Of a stretch of 64,000 nucleotides of DNA, positions 20,028-29,932 are shown in pieces. The position numbers and the translations under genes are program-made. This DNA comes from Nitrosopumilaceae archaeon (GTDB taxonomy: Archaea; Thermoproteota; Nitrososphaeria; Nitrososphaerales; Nitrosopumilaceae), in contig OZ242365.1 in assembly GCA_965208905.1 (NCBI GenBank), positions 1,760,001 through 1,824,000 on the forward strand, written 5' to 3'. Below the pieces are notes generated by a model. The model was not told the origin of the DNA. It made no database searches and saw only the letters and a list, made by a program, of their open reading frames with translations. The stretch's first letter is position 1; each line of letters opens with the position of its first letter.

Positions 20028-21635
20028 ATCTATGATTGGAACAACTTTTTCGGCCAGACGGGAGGGGGAAAGGGGGCGTCGAAGCCGCCCCTCGCTTATA
20101 CGGGGGCGGCAAGACGCCACCCGCGCCGTCGGACAAAATGCAATGCGCAGCATCCCCCACGGGTGGCGGACCCGAAAAACAAAGAGTGGGTCCTTTCCGA
20201 GTCTTCTGATGCGGCACAAAACAGCTGGGTTTTTTAGGGGTATATTGCCCCGAAAAGGCGGCGCGTCTGATGTATTGCCTTGACATATGCCGGAACAGTC
20301 CCATTGTAATTCGAGGGCTCAGTTGCGGCATACACCCTAGGTTTTCGGCTTTAGGCGCGCCAGCTTTTGCTTGTATTTTTTCTCATCATGGTATCGGTAT
20401 GGTTCGCGATTAGTCAGCATCTGCCAGATGTATTTTGCAAGCTTGTTGCCCACAATACTGCGTGCCACCCTTGGCGGGTGGTTCTTTTTGGCCTTTTCGT
20501 AGATTTTATTCAAATGCGGGTCACTTGTTGCACCTATCATGGCTGCCTGCATCATAACCCATTTCAGGTTGCCGTCTACGTCCTTTTTCATGCGGCCGTA
20601 TTTGATGCTGTCGCCGGACTGGTACACTCTAGGGCACATTCCCATGAACGATACCAGTTTCTTGGGGTCATCAAACCTATCTATGCCGTCTATGGATGCC
20701 GCCACCAGCAGCGCCCCGAACGGGCCGAATCCGGGAATACTCATTATGATTTTGGCATCTTTGTTTTCGCCTGCGGCCTCATAGATGCTCCTCTCCAATG
20801 TGTCTATCTCTTTGTTCAGATATCTGATGTGCCGTATGTACTGCATCATTATTCTTGTGTCGCTTGAATTCAGTACCAGTTTTTCAAGGAACTGCTGATG
20901 CTTCTCGCCGTGTGTGTTGCCGTGTCCCGTAATCAGTTCATAGTCATACCTCTCGCACAGGCTGCTCTGTCGGTTCAGGACGCGGGTTCTGTCCCTGACC
21001 AGCGTGATGCGATGGCGCATCAACTCTAAAATTCGCCTGGTCCCCTTCGGATAGACATAACACTCTGGAACTGCGTTCATTCTGAGCCGGTCTGCCAGTT
21101 TCTTAGAGTCTAGTTTGTCTGTCTTGACTCCGGACTGGGCCATCTTCATTCGAATCGGATTTCCCAAAATTATGGGTAGATGGTATTCTTCGAATACTTC
21201 GTATGTCTTCATCCACATTTTTGATGTTGACTCGCACACGGCGCTACATGTGCCGTACTTTGACAGCAGGGTCTTGGCTAATACGCCTGCAGCCGTGCGC
21301 GTGTTCTTGTATTTTGTATGCTCCAAAACGTTGCCGTCTCTATCCATGACACAAACGGCACAATTTCGCTTTCCTATATCGATTCCAACGTATGTTGTCT
21401 TGTCTGTTGTTTTGTCTGTTATTCTTTCTCACCTCCTTTTTCTTTTGGTTGGCAAGCAGCAAGGCTACAATCACCTATCAGGACTGCCTGCATCCTCTCG
21501 GATAACCGGCGCCCACTAAAGCGCAGCTTGGCTGTCCCCATTCACTCCGGAGAGCTCGAAGCCCATGGAAACAAAGGGGTCTGCTTACCGCTCTCCATAC
21601 GGTGAACCCGAATTTACTCGCTTTCACTCAACTGT
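20028..21635 (-). mobile_element. IS110-family element, boundaries approximate
   Basis: IS110 recombinase flanked by ~200-nt and ~300-nt GC-rich non-coding ends. Confidence 0.7.
20337..21422 (-). CDS. IS110-family DEDD recombinase
   Basis: YVGIDIG (upstream of the first ATG), VCEST, KTDKLDS, SIPGFG, YQSG; the frame opens at ATA 21422 after SD GGAGGTGA. Confidence 0.88.
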   Translation of the reverse strand: MTDKTTDKTTYVGIDIGKRNCAVCVMDRDGNVLEHTKYKNTRTAAGVLAKTLLSKYGTCSAVCESTSKMWMKTYEVFEEYHLPIILGNPIRMKMAQSGVKTDKLDSKKLADRLRMNAVPECYVYPKGTRRILELMRHRITLVRDRTRVLNRQSSLCERYDYELITGHGNTHGEKHQQFLEKLVLNSSDTRIMMQYIRHIRYLNKEIDTLERSIYEAAGENKDAKIIMSIPGFGPFGALLVAASIDGIDRFDDPKKLVSFMGMCPRVYQSGDSIKYGRMKKDVDGNLKWVMMQAAMIGATSDPHLNKIYEKAKKNHPPRVARSIVGNKLAKYIWQMLTNREPYRYHDEKKYKQKLARLKPKT

Positions 21636-21867
21636 GTAGGCATCATTTCCACTCCACGTACAAGTTTTCACAGATCTACGTTTCCACTATGGGTCACCAT
21701 TTCTTGCTAGTTCCCTTCAGAACACTATACGTTTGCACAACTATAATACACATACAACATCCCCGCTGATCATTTAAGCAGTATCTCCAATGAATTCCAT
21801 ATTACGATACCACCAATGGCTATGCCGGCCGTACCTGCCACTACACACAGAATCAAAAAGTTGCGGT

Positions 21868-22665
21868 TCATGATATGTTTAGTATAGATAGGGTGCCTAA
21901 TATGGCCTCCTCCAAACGTATGGTTCGTGTATTCTGGTGCGGAAAGAAGTTTAGTTGTATCATGTTGTTGGCCTGTAGTCTGCCCCCTGCTATATCTATA
22001 ACATCCCTCTTGGGAGAGCCAAAGACAACCAGTGTATTATCTTTGTATACGTTTGATATTCGAGGTTTGGTGGCCACCTTGCCAGATTTGGTGGCTATAA
22101 TGATGCGACCTGACCACTCCCGTAATAGTGATGCGACTGATGAGCGTTCTCTCACCTTGTACCCCCAGTACTGTGATGTATTCTCTGATGGTATTACATG
22201 TGCCGTATTCACAGATACATTTGGCGGGAACTGTACTGTAACTCGTCCATCCCGCTTGGCACCCTCCACCGCAAACAGATGATTTACTCCGACATCCACA
22301 TATTTGCGTCCGCGCAGTGTGACTGCCAACCCTTCACGTATGTCGCCCGGTTTTATACTCTTGACATCTGATGATAACGAATGACTGGGTATGGCAAGGG
22401 GGTGCAGCACACCAGCAAACTTGAGCTCAGACATTTTAGGAAACAGGTGCTTTCTCATGAATTGAGGGGTCTCCATATAGTGAAGTATTGTGAGTAGTAG
22501 ACTTCTATCCTCAGAGTTGTTGCCGTCTTTATACACTAGTACCTCTTTTACGCCAAAGATGGCCATACTGCGGGCCAACTGGGATATCTTGCGGGCTTTG
22601 GCCAGTTTTGTGCTCTCATCAGTGAGAGAAGAGTCGGGTATCGCCACAGATAGTCCTTTATACAT
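21868..22665 (-). CDS. SPOUT RNA methyltransferase (DUF171 / MTH1-like)
   Basis: LSVAIPDS, YMETPQFMRK, VVFGSP, QNTRTIRLEEA. Confidence 0.85.
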   Translation of the reverse strand: MYKGLSVAIPDSSLTDESTKLAKARKISQLARSMAIFGVKEVLVYKDGNNSEDRSLLLTILHYMETPQFMRKHLFPKMSELKFAGVLHPLAIPSHSLSSDVKSIKPGDIREGLAVTLRGRKYVDVGVNHLFAVEGAKRDGRVTVQFPPNVSVNTAHVIPSENTSQYWGYKVRERSSVASLLREWSGRIIIATKSGKVATKPRISNVYKDNTLVVFGSPKRDVIDIAGGRLQANNMIQLNFFPHQNTRTIRLEEAILGTLSILNIS

Positions 22666-23393
22666 CAGTCTGAGTTTGAGTATTCGGAATCTGACTGCTC
22701 TGCATATTTGGCTATATCATCAGAATCTATCTCTCTGTATCCCTCTTTGTCTATAACCGCTATTCTCATCTGCTCTACAACATTTTTGCTGTCACTGGCC
22801 ACTTTGACAGATGCCACGGCCAACGTTACTGCATCATCTTTGGATAGTTCTGTCTTGTAAGACTTTTCCAAGAATGATGTCACTCTGTCTGAACCGGCTC
22901 CAATGGCAATGGCATCATACTCGATATATGTGCCACTAGGATCCGTCATGTATAGATGCGAGCCGTCCTTGTTTACGCCTCCAAGTATTAATGCGACACC
23001 AAATGGCCTAACTCCTGCATACTGAGTGAACTGCTGGCATTGATCCGCCAGATGCTTGGCTACTGTCGCTATATCTACTGGCTCATCATATATCAGCTGA
23101 TTACTCTGCGAAAAGAATCTTGCATTGTCTACCTGGCTACGTGCATCGGGTATGTAGCCTGCAGCGGCCACGCCTATGTGATCGTCTATCTTGAATAGTT
23201 TCTGTGCCGACTCTGTGATCTGTAGTTTGCGGGTGCGTTCCTCGCCTGCTATGACTACGCCGTCCTTAAACTTTATTCCCACAGCCACTGAACCTCGCCG
23301 TACAGTCTCAATTGCGTACTCGACCTGATATAGACGGCCGTCTGGTGAGAATACAGTGATTGCCCGGTCATATCCTTGCTGTGCTGGTAACAT
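22665..23393 (-). CDS. psmA: Proteasome alpha subunit
   Basis: GYDRAITVFSPDGRLYQVEYA, RPFGVA, TDPSG. Confidence 0.97.
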   Translation of the reverse strand: MLPAQQGYDRAITVFSPDGRLYQVEYAIETVRRGSVAVGIKFKDGVVIAGEERTRKLQITESAQKLFKIDDHIGVAAAGYIPDARSQVDNARFFSQSNQLIYDEPVDIATVAKHLADQCQQFTQYAGVRPFGVALILGGVNKDGSHLYMTDPSGTYIEYDAIAIGAGSDRVTSFLEKSYKTELSKDDAVTLAVASVKVASDSKNVVEQMRIAVIDKEGYREIDSDDIAKYAEQSDSEYSNSD

Positions 23394-23450
23394 TATGATA
23401 TCCCTATCTTTGAGATTAATTTAAGTCATGCCCATTGCCATCACTGTGTA

Positions 23451-23882
23451 ATGTGCAATATCACAAGATGTGTTGTACCTTTCTCTGGTCACAAAAACGT
23501 TAGGGCCACACACCGCACCACAATAGAGATAACCACACATGAATCCCTGACCCCTCGCGGAGACTGTATTGTGGGGGTGGCATCTGATGTGGGATGCTTT
23601 GGCCTACCATACAATATACGAAGAGCGCTACAGAGCGATTCTAGCAAGGTGCGTATTCTGTTTACGGTGGGCGATGATCTATTTGCTGTATATGGCAGAG
23701 GCAGCTCGGAGCTGACCTTGACGCATCCCCAGGATATTGTATTGCGCAAGAGTGACTTTGTCTGCCCGCGCACATTAGTCATAGGGTGTGATGCAGCCTC
23801 AATAGATATGCCCCGACATATGGTGCAGTCCCTTCAGGGGGGCGTGGGCGGTACTATGGAGATAGTCGTACAGTCAGCATAA
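23451..23882 (+). CDS. DUF371 family protein
   Basis: GHKNVRATHRTTIEIT..LTPRGDCIVGV, RKS.FVCPRT. Confidence 0.85.
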   Translation: MCNITRCVVPFSGHKNVRATHRTTIEITTHESLTPRGDCIVGVASDVGCFGLPYNIRRALQSDSSKVRILFTVGDDLFAVYGRGSSELTLTHPQDIVLRKSDFVCPRTLVIGCDAASIDMPRHMVQSLQGGVGGTMEIVVQSA

Positions 23883-23920
23883 AAAGAGGCTTTTATATTG
23901 CATATGCCACAAACGACACA

Positions 23921-24043
23921 ATGGGACTTGGAACAAAGATATTTGTGGTATTGCCACTGGCCATCTTTGCCGCAATAATATTTGGTTTTGCCATATACAA
24001 CACAATATGTAAAAACTCCAGCGTGGCATTGATTGACTGCTGA
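23921..24043 (+). CDS. 40-aa single-TM microprotein
   Basis: MGLGTKIFVVLPLAIFAAIIFGFAIYNTICKNSSVALIDC; TTTTATAT box ~25 bp upstream. Confidence 0.5.
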   Translation: MGLGTKIFVVLPLAIFAAIIFGFAIYNTICKNSSVALIDC

Positions 24044-24289
24044 TGTATAGAGATGAGTTTACCAGATGTAAGATACTGTTGCTCCTGCGCAGAGACTTTG
24101 ATTAACTGGTATTGCACACTTTACGAAATTTACAATATCGTATGATATCAAAATTAGGCAGAGCACAAATATGCTGCTTTTGTATATGTTAGAATTTATT
24201 TGCAATCGTACAACTTGATGGTTTTGGTCAGTACCACTCACATTGAATCTGTCTTTATATATTGCATACACAGGGAGGCATTATAGAGC

Positions 24290-24472
24290 ATGTCAACATA
24301 TGAGGAGTGGCTTGATGAGTTAATAGCTGACCGTGATGAGACCGGAGTGCCCATCACTAGACGCGAATACTATGAAAAGTTCTTCAATAACATAGATACA
24401 AAGCGGGTGTATGAGCAGGATGTTGCGGTAACCTCGCGTCTAAAGGAGCGCGGAGTTATAGTTGACAGCTAG
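24290..24472 (+). CDS. Small hypothetical protein
   Basis: 60-aa ORF preceded by a TTTATATA box. Confidence 0.6.
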   Translation: MSTYEEWLDELIADRDETGVPITRREYYEKFFNNIDTKRVYEQDVAVTSRLKERGVIVDS

Positions 24473-26913
24473 CCACTCCACTTTGCGTCGGGATGGTGTA
24501 CAACTATGGCCGCCGTTGAAAGGTCAGGTGTAATGTGACCTGTTGTAGTGAGATTCATACCGATTCGCTCTGGTTTTAATATGTCCCACATCAGCCTGTG
24601 TTGTGTGACGTCTGGACAGTCCGGATATCCCAAACTGTACCGGAGACATCCTTTATCAAGGCCCATTGTACGACGTATCAGTCTGTTGATCCAGCTGGCT
24701 ATGGCCTCCACGAACTCTGTTACAAAACCGTTCAAATAGAATGAGTCTGTGGTCCTTCCAGCCTCGTCCCACTCGGTGACCATGCGGTTGGCGGCCTCCC
24801 CAGCGGTGCACGCCTGAAATGCCACCACATCATTCTCCCCAAAGTAGTCTGCGATACATAGGTGTCTGGACTTGAGTGATCTGGGAAAGTCAAATGTTAC
24901 TGTACCTGAATCCCCCTCCACATTTAGACTCTCACCATCCGAGTGGCATTTAAAGAAGCCATATATTGCGCGCGGCTCAAGTATGCCTCGCACCTCCTCG
25001 GCCATCTTTTGTAAGAGTTTTTGGTGTTCTGCCTTCCATTTACCGCCTGATCGACCTTGCACGCCCCAGCCCCTGAGAATGAGAGCCTTTACGTCCAACT
25101 CTTTCAGGACCTCATCATAGTCTATCTCTGATATGATGGTCGTTCCGTACTGCACATTGGGAGGAGTCACTGGTTTTATACCACTCCGGGGTATGGGTGT
25201 AGTTCTGACTATACGGGGTGCCTGTTTCTCTTTTAGTCCACTTCGCCACTCTGAGAGTAATGCGTCTCTATCGCCCATTATCTTATCCATAGTCTTTAGT
25301 CCAGCGAACATATCCTTGCAGTAAAAGACACCCGGCTCGTAGACGCCCCCATCGGTCGCTATCCTGTTTATGTAATTGAGGTTTATGGCGGCACCGCCAC
25401 ACAGTACTGGTATATCCATGCTGTTTGTACGCGCATAATCTACAAAGTGCTTCATCTCGCGGGATGTATTCACAAGAAGCGCGGACAGTCCCACCGCATC
25501 GGCATTCACCTCTTTTATTTTGTCTAGGAATGTCTGCATGGGCACCTGCTTGCCCAGGTCATGTACTGTATACCCGTTGTTCTGAAATATGGTCTTTACC
25601 AGATTCTTTCCTATGTCATGGACATCTCCATAGACGGTCCCTAGCACCAGCTTTCCCTTGCTGACACCCTCCTTCTTTACCAGATATTTTTCTACCTCTG
25701 AAACTGCAGCCTTCATGCACTCGGCCGACTGAAGCACAAATGGCAGTATGATCTCACCTGACCCAAACTTGTCGCCTACAGTCTTCATAGCTGGGAGTAG
25801 CGAGTCGTTCAGTACGGATATGGCAGCATCATGAGTCTCTGTTGGACTCATGGCTATCGATGAGCCATCTTTTGACATTATGGGACTCTCTATGTTGTCT
25901 GCTATGGCCAGAACCACATCAGCTTCTATGTCTTCCCGTATGCGATTGATTATTCTCTTATTGATACGCTTACTGGCCGGCCATTGTGCGTCTATGACTG
26001 GTGCTGTTGTGGCTCTGCCAACGTGATCTGACGCAACACAGGTACTCAACAATGATGCTAGCGCATCTGGCTTTTTGTTGAATATCAAATCTTCTGCTGA
26101 ATCTTTATGGTCGGACTTTAGCATGTGATATGGAATAATATCTTTGGGGTTTAGTATCACACAGTCTAATCCTGCCTGCACGGCATGATACAGAAATACA
26201 GAGTTGATCACCTTACGTGGGTATGGGTCAAGACCAAAGCTGATGTTGCTTAAACCAACTACAGTATATGAATTGGGGAATCGTTCTTTGATCAATCTTA
26301 TGCCCTGTATGGTTTGTATGCCTGCATCCAGGAACTCTTCCTGGCCTGTAGCCAATGTAAATATGAGTGGATCGAATATGTACTGATTCTCTTTTATGCC
26401 GTACTGTGAGCCTCTCTCTACAATCAACTCGGCCGTCTGCACCTTCTGCTTGGCGGTCTTGGCCATCCCGGCAGGCCCTATGCACATTGCTATGGCTGGT
26501 ACACCATACTGAGCCATTATGGGTGCCATACCAGCAAACCTGCTACCATCACCCTCTAGATTTATCGAGTTTATGATGGGCTTGCCTGGTATCTGTCTGA
26601 TGGCCGACTCTGCAACTGATGGACTGGTTGTGTCTATTACAAGGGGCGCCTCCACCTCCAAACTGAGCCTCTTTACCAAACGTGTCATGAACTCATTCTC
26701 ATTGTCCTTCTCGGTGACGGCCACAGAGACATCTAAACAATGAGCGCCGTCCTCGACCTGGCGTCGTGCTATGTCTACTAGGCCATCGTAGTCGTCGGCC
26801 AGTATCAACTTTTTGGCCTTACGTGACCCCTGAGCGTTGACCCTCTCACCGATTATCATGGGTGGCGGGGACTGCTTAACGCTAACCACCTTGAGGGCTG
26901 AGCTTACATCCAA
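24469..26913 (-). CDS. metH: Cobalamin-dependent methionine synthase: pterin-binding, B12-binding and activation domains
   Basis: IIGERVN..GS, INSINLE, GLSNISFG, GDVHDIGKNLV, RYSLGYPDCPD; no homocysteine-binding domain. Confidence 0.92.
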   Translation of the reverse strand: MDVSSALKVVSVKQSPPPMIIGERVNAQGSRKAKKLILADDYDGLVDIARRQVEDGAHCLDVSVAVTEKDNENEFMTRLVKRLSLEVEAPLVIDTTSPSVAESAIRQIPGKPIINSINLEGDGSRFAGMAPIMAQYGVPAIAMCIGPAGMAKTAKQKVQTAELIVERGSQYGIKENQYIFDPLIFTLATGQEEFLDAGIQTIQGIRLIKERFPNSYTVVGLSNISFGLDPYPRKVINSVFLYHAVQAGLDCVILNPKDIIPYHMLKSDHKDSAEDLIFNKKPDALASLLSTCVASDHVGRATTAPVIDAQWPASKRINKRIINRIREDIEADVVLAIADNIESPIMSKDGSSIAMSPTETHDAAISVLNDSLLPAMKTVGDKFGSGEIILPFVLQSAECMKAAVSEVEKYLVKKEGVSKGKLVLGTVYGDVHDIGKNLVKTIFQNNGYTVHDLGKQVPMQTFLDKIKEVNADAVGLSALLVNTSREMKHFVDYARTNSMDIPVLCGGAAINLNYINRIATDGGVYEPGVFYCKDMFAGLKTMDKIMGDRDALLSEWRSGLKEKQAPRIVRTTPIPRSGIKPVTPPNVQYGTTIISEIDYDEVLKELDVKALILRGWGVQGRSGGKWKAEHQKLLQKMAEEVRGILEPRAIYGFFKCHSDGESLNVEGDSGTVTFDFPRSLKSRHLCIADYFGENDVVAFQACTAGEAANRMVTEWDEAGRTTDSFYLNGFVTEFVEAIASWINRLIRRTMGLDKGCLRYSLGYPDCPDVTQHRLMWDILKPERIGMNLTTTGHITPDLSTAAIVVHHPDAKWSG

Positions 26914-27215
26914 TTACATCACCTTCCGTGCAATGTTCACATATGGGTATATTTTATCTGTGATGTACCGCTCTAAAAGGTCACTATACGCAAGACCCGT
27001 ACTTGATACGGTAAATAGTATGGGGGCGTTTTTATGTATATGTGGCGGAACAGTCGCATACAACATGTGTGTATATTACCTCACTGTTATTTATTCGATG
27101 GAGATGTTAGTCTTTTGCAAAATACGTGGAATGTTCAATCTTTACCCAAATGTATCATCGTCTTGGCACATATTATCATAGTTGGTTCCTTGAACCACAC
27201 TGGTTACATGACACG

Positions 27216-27680
27216 CTATAACGATGCCATGGCCAACCGCTCATAGTAAAACTCCTGACGTTTTAAATCTCGATGTGCAATGATTCGGCAGCGCGCCGGC
27301 GTTACAAGACGTGATATCTGCTCGTACGTCTCCAATCTGGTATAGTCTGATGTGTACAACACCTGAAAGAGTGGTGACCGCTCCAAAAATAACGGTCTGG
27401 CTTGATCATATCCGGCTATACGGAGTAAATTAAGTCTGAGTATGCCCACCGACTCGCCTTGAGAGACCAGAGGGTCCTCATAACAACATATGGCATAATG
27501 TTTCTCATCTTCTATTATGGTTAATTTTGTAAATCGATCATTCCACAACTCCATATGTCTTGCCAGTGATACGGCCATCTTTTTGTCCTCAAAGATTGGC
27601 GAGACGACCAACCGTCCGGTTTCGTGAGTCCACGCAATTCTGTGAAACCCACCAACCCATCGTATGTAGACCACATGATA
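27216..27680 (-). CDS. Hypothetical protein, start uncertain
   Basis: Protein-like 3' part of a 205-codon open frame. Confidence 0.4.
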   Translation of the reverse strand, partial: YHVVYIRWVGGFHRIAWTHETGRLVVSPIFEDKKMAVSLARHMELWNDRFTKLTIIEDEKHYAICCYEDPLVSQGESVGILRLNLLRIAGYDQARPLFLERSPLFQVLYTSDYTRLETYEQISRLVTPARCRIIAHRDLKRQEFYYERLAMASL

Positions 27681-27838
27681 ACATGTGACACATCTGTTAA
27701 TATGGGCTTTGGTGTTGTATCCAAGAGACAATACAGCACCATATCTGTAGAAGATACAATCTACTATACAAGAGAGTTTATGCGTAATTGAATTATGATG
27801 TATAGTACCGTAAACATAAATATCACAAACCATACATC

Positions 27839-28649
27839 ATGTGCATGGGTACAATAATGCGCACCATCCATGTAACACATGACAACGGGTATCTTTTGGG
27901 CGGTTTGTTACATTATGTGGGGGCTGCGTCCAACCATGCTGCAAAAGCACTACGCAAGGGTGTGCGCGGCAAGAAACTATATCGTATGGCGGTGCACCGT
28001 ACTGGCGTATACCACTCACGCTTCACCGACTATATAATACAAAATGTACATGGAAACTACAAGGCATGGCGTACGAATCAGTTGATCGATGTACATGCAT
28101 GTGCTCCACACTACCACAACCCTGTGGCGCAGACTGACAGGTTCGAGCTGGCATTTGATGATACATCAAAACGGTGGAATGGCACACCATCAATACATGT
28201 ACCAATATACGGTAGGGGCCGTCCAGATGAGCTATGGCTGGCCTTCCCTGTACCACCATATGTAGTGGATGAGCTTACCAAGCCTGGCCGAACGCCAAAG
28301 ACTGTACTACTAAGATATAATGAGATATACATTACATACAAGGAAGACATTCCAGATCGTGAACCTATGTCCTGGGCCGGTGTGGACATGAATGCCAAAA
28401 ACAACACCTATGCATTCGCTGATGGCACTGTAGTTATGCGGCCCAACCGCAATGCACGTGAATACAACAAGGCACACAGCAAGATGCTAAAGGTGAAGCG
28501 GCGTAGTGATAACCGCATCATGACAAAATACACAAACAAGTCGTGGAATATATACAAAAATCGCATCCATAATGATGTATGTGTGGAAGCCCGGAAGATG
28601 GCCAATGCCGGGTACGGTATAGGGCATGAAACGTTGAGCATACACCGAC
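27839..28649 (+). pseudogene. tnpB: TnpB-family nuclease N-terminal part, truncated by IS3
   Basis: RuvC-I WAGVDMN and a probable RuvC-II GIGHETL; interrupted at 28650, C-terminus absent. Confidence 0.65.
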
Positions 28650-28706
28650 TGGAGTGGACCCCATAGAATGTTACTGTTTTCGGCATGATTTTACATACAT
28701 CTTCCA

Positions 28707-29537
28707 TCATTTATTTGTCATCTCCAACTGTTCGGCAAATTCTACTGGTGTCATGTATCCGATAGAGGAATGAATCCTCTCGGTGTTGTAATCTACAAAG
28801 GCCTTTGCAATGATCGTCTCTGCCTCCTGATAGTTCGCAAACTCGTGCGGCCAGATGTATTCCTTTTTCAGCGTCTTGTGAAATGATTCGACATGTCCGT
28901 TCTGCTCCGGCGTATTCTTGTAGATGAATTCATGTTTGCCGATGCCAAGGGCCTGAACCGCATGTCTAAAGTCGCGGCTCGTATACTGGTTGCCGTTGTC
29001 CGTACGCAATCGTAATTGTGAGCAGTCAGGTTTCTCTGCGGCAACCGCGTTGGTGATTGAGGTGATTGCAATGTCTCGTGTGGCATTGACATCAAACGCG
29101 TAGGCGATCCACTTGCGCGTAAAGCAGTCAATTACGTTGAAGCAGTAGCACCAGCCGTCTATACCGCACCAGATGTATGTGATGTCCGTCTCCCACAACT
29201 GGTGTGGGGCTTTGGGTTTGAAGAGCTTTTGACCCGCTCGAATGATGTCGTTTTTGGTATTTTGTGGCTGGATGTAGCCCATTTTGCGATATATCCGCTG
29301 TATCTGCTTGCGGTTCACCACAATTCCCGTATCGCGCGTTATCTGGGCCGCCATGCGCCGTGTGCCGTACGTGGGCCTCTTTCTGCTCGTATCTAGCACA
29401 GTGCTCAATATATCCGGATTCAATCCCATGTCTCTGGGCTTGGGTTTGTAGTACCATTGGCGCCTGGATACGCCCGCATACCCTAGCGACTTGCGCAGGC
29501 TCAAATGTTGTTCCTGCATGATTTTTACCGCGTTCAA
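28707..29537 (-). CDS. IS3 transposase OrfB
   Basis: LWETDITY, TDNG, PEQNGHVESF; A8 slippery run at 29557-29564. Confidence 0.9.
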   Translation of the reverse strand: MNAVKIMQEQHLSLRKSLGYAGVSRRQWYYKPKPRDMGLNPDILSTVLDTSRKRPTYGTRRMAAQITRDTGIVVNRKQIQRIYRKMGYIQPQNTKNDIIRAGQKLFKPKAPHQLWETDITYIWCGIDGWCYCFNVIDCFTRKWIAYAFDVNATRDIAITSITNAVAAEKPDCSQLRLRTDNGNQYTSRDFRHAVQALGIGKHEFIYKNTPEQNGHVESFHKTLKKEYIWPHEFANYQEAETIIAKAFVDYNTERIHSSIGYMTPVEFAEQLEMTNK

Positions 29538-29824
29538 TCGTTGCTTGCCTCCAAGGTTTTTTTTAAAGCGTCGTTTGCGATTGTCAGATCCCCTATGATT
29601 CGCTTTAGGTCGCCGTTCTCCTTTTTGATGGCCTTTATCGGATCCTTCTTTCCGTGATGGGTCAGTCCGGACTTGCCTGCGTCCATGAACTTTTGCCGCC
29701 AGGCTTGAAACGTTTGGGGATGAACGTTGTGCTTGCGGCACAGCTCGGCCGTGCCAATATTGGTCTTGATTGATTCCAAAACGATCTGGATCTTTTGGTC
29801 TGGAGTAAACTTTGTTCTTACCAT
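29534..29824 (-). CDS. IS3 transposase OrfA
   Basis: FTPDQKIQIVLE..AELCRKH HTH. Confidence 0.88.
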   Translation of the reverse strand: MVRTKFTPDQKIQIVLESIKTNIGTAELCRKHNVHPQTFQAWRQKFMDAGKSGLTHHGKKDPIKAIKKENGDLKRIIGDLTIANDALKKTLEASND

Positions 29825-29932
29825 GGCATCATCCCTCCCATTACGACTTTAAGCTGTATGAACGTGAGTGTTCTCATTCTAGCGGGGTCCCCACCACTAT
29901 ATTTAAGTATCACCTTAAAAAATGAATATTAA

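Larger units (their letters stand above)
28650..29896 (-). mobile_element. IS3-family insertion sequence related to 6004-7264
   Basis: IR TGGAGTGGACCCCATAGAATG / TGGTGGGGACCCCGCTAGAATG. Confidence 0.9.

Noticed and set aside
24469-26913. MetH lacking its N-terminal domain as a possible pseudogene
   Set aside because: The remaining domains are intact, and split MetH is, to my knowledge, normal in this lineage.
27700-27850. TIR upstream of the truncated tnpB
   Set aside because: No match to either TIR family, and the partner end is deleted, so it cannot be tested.
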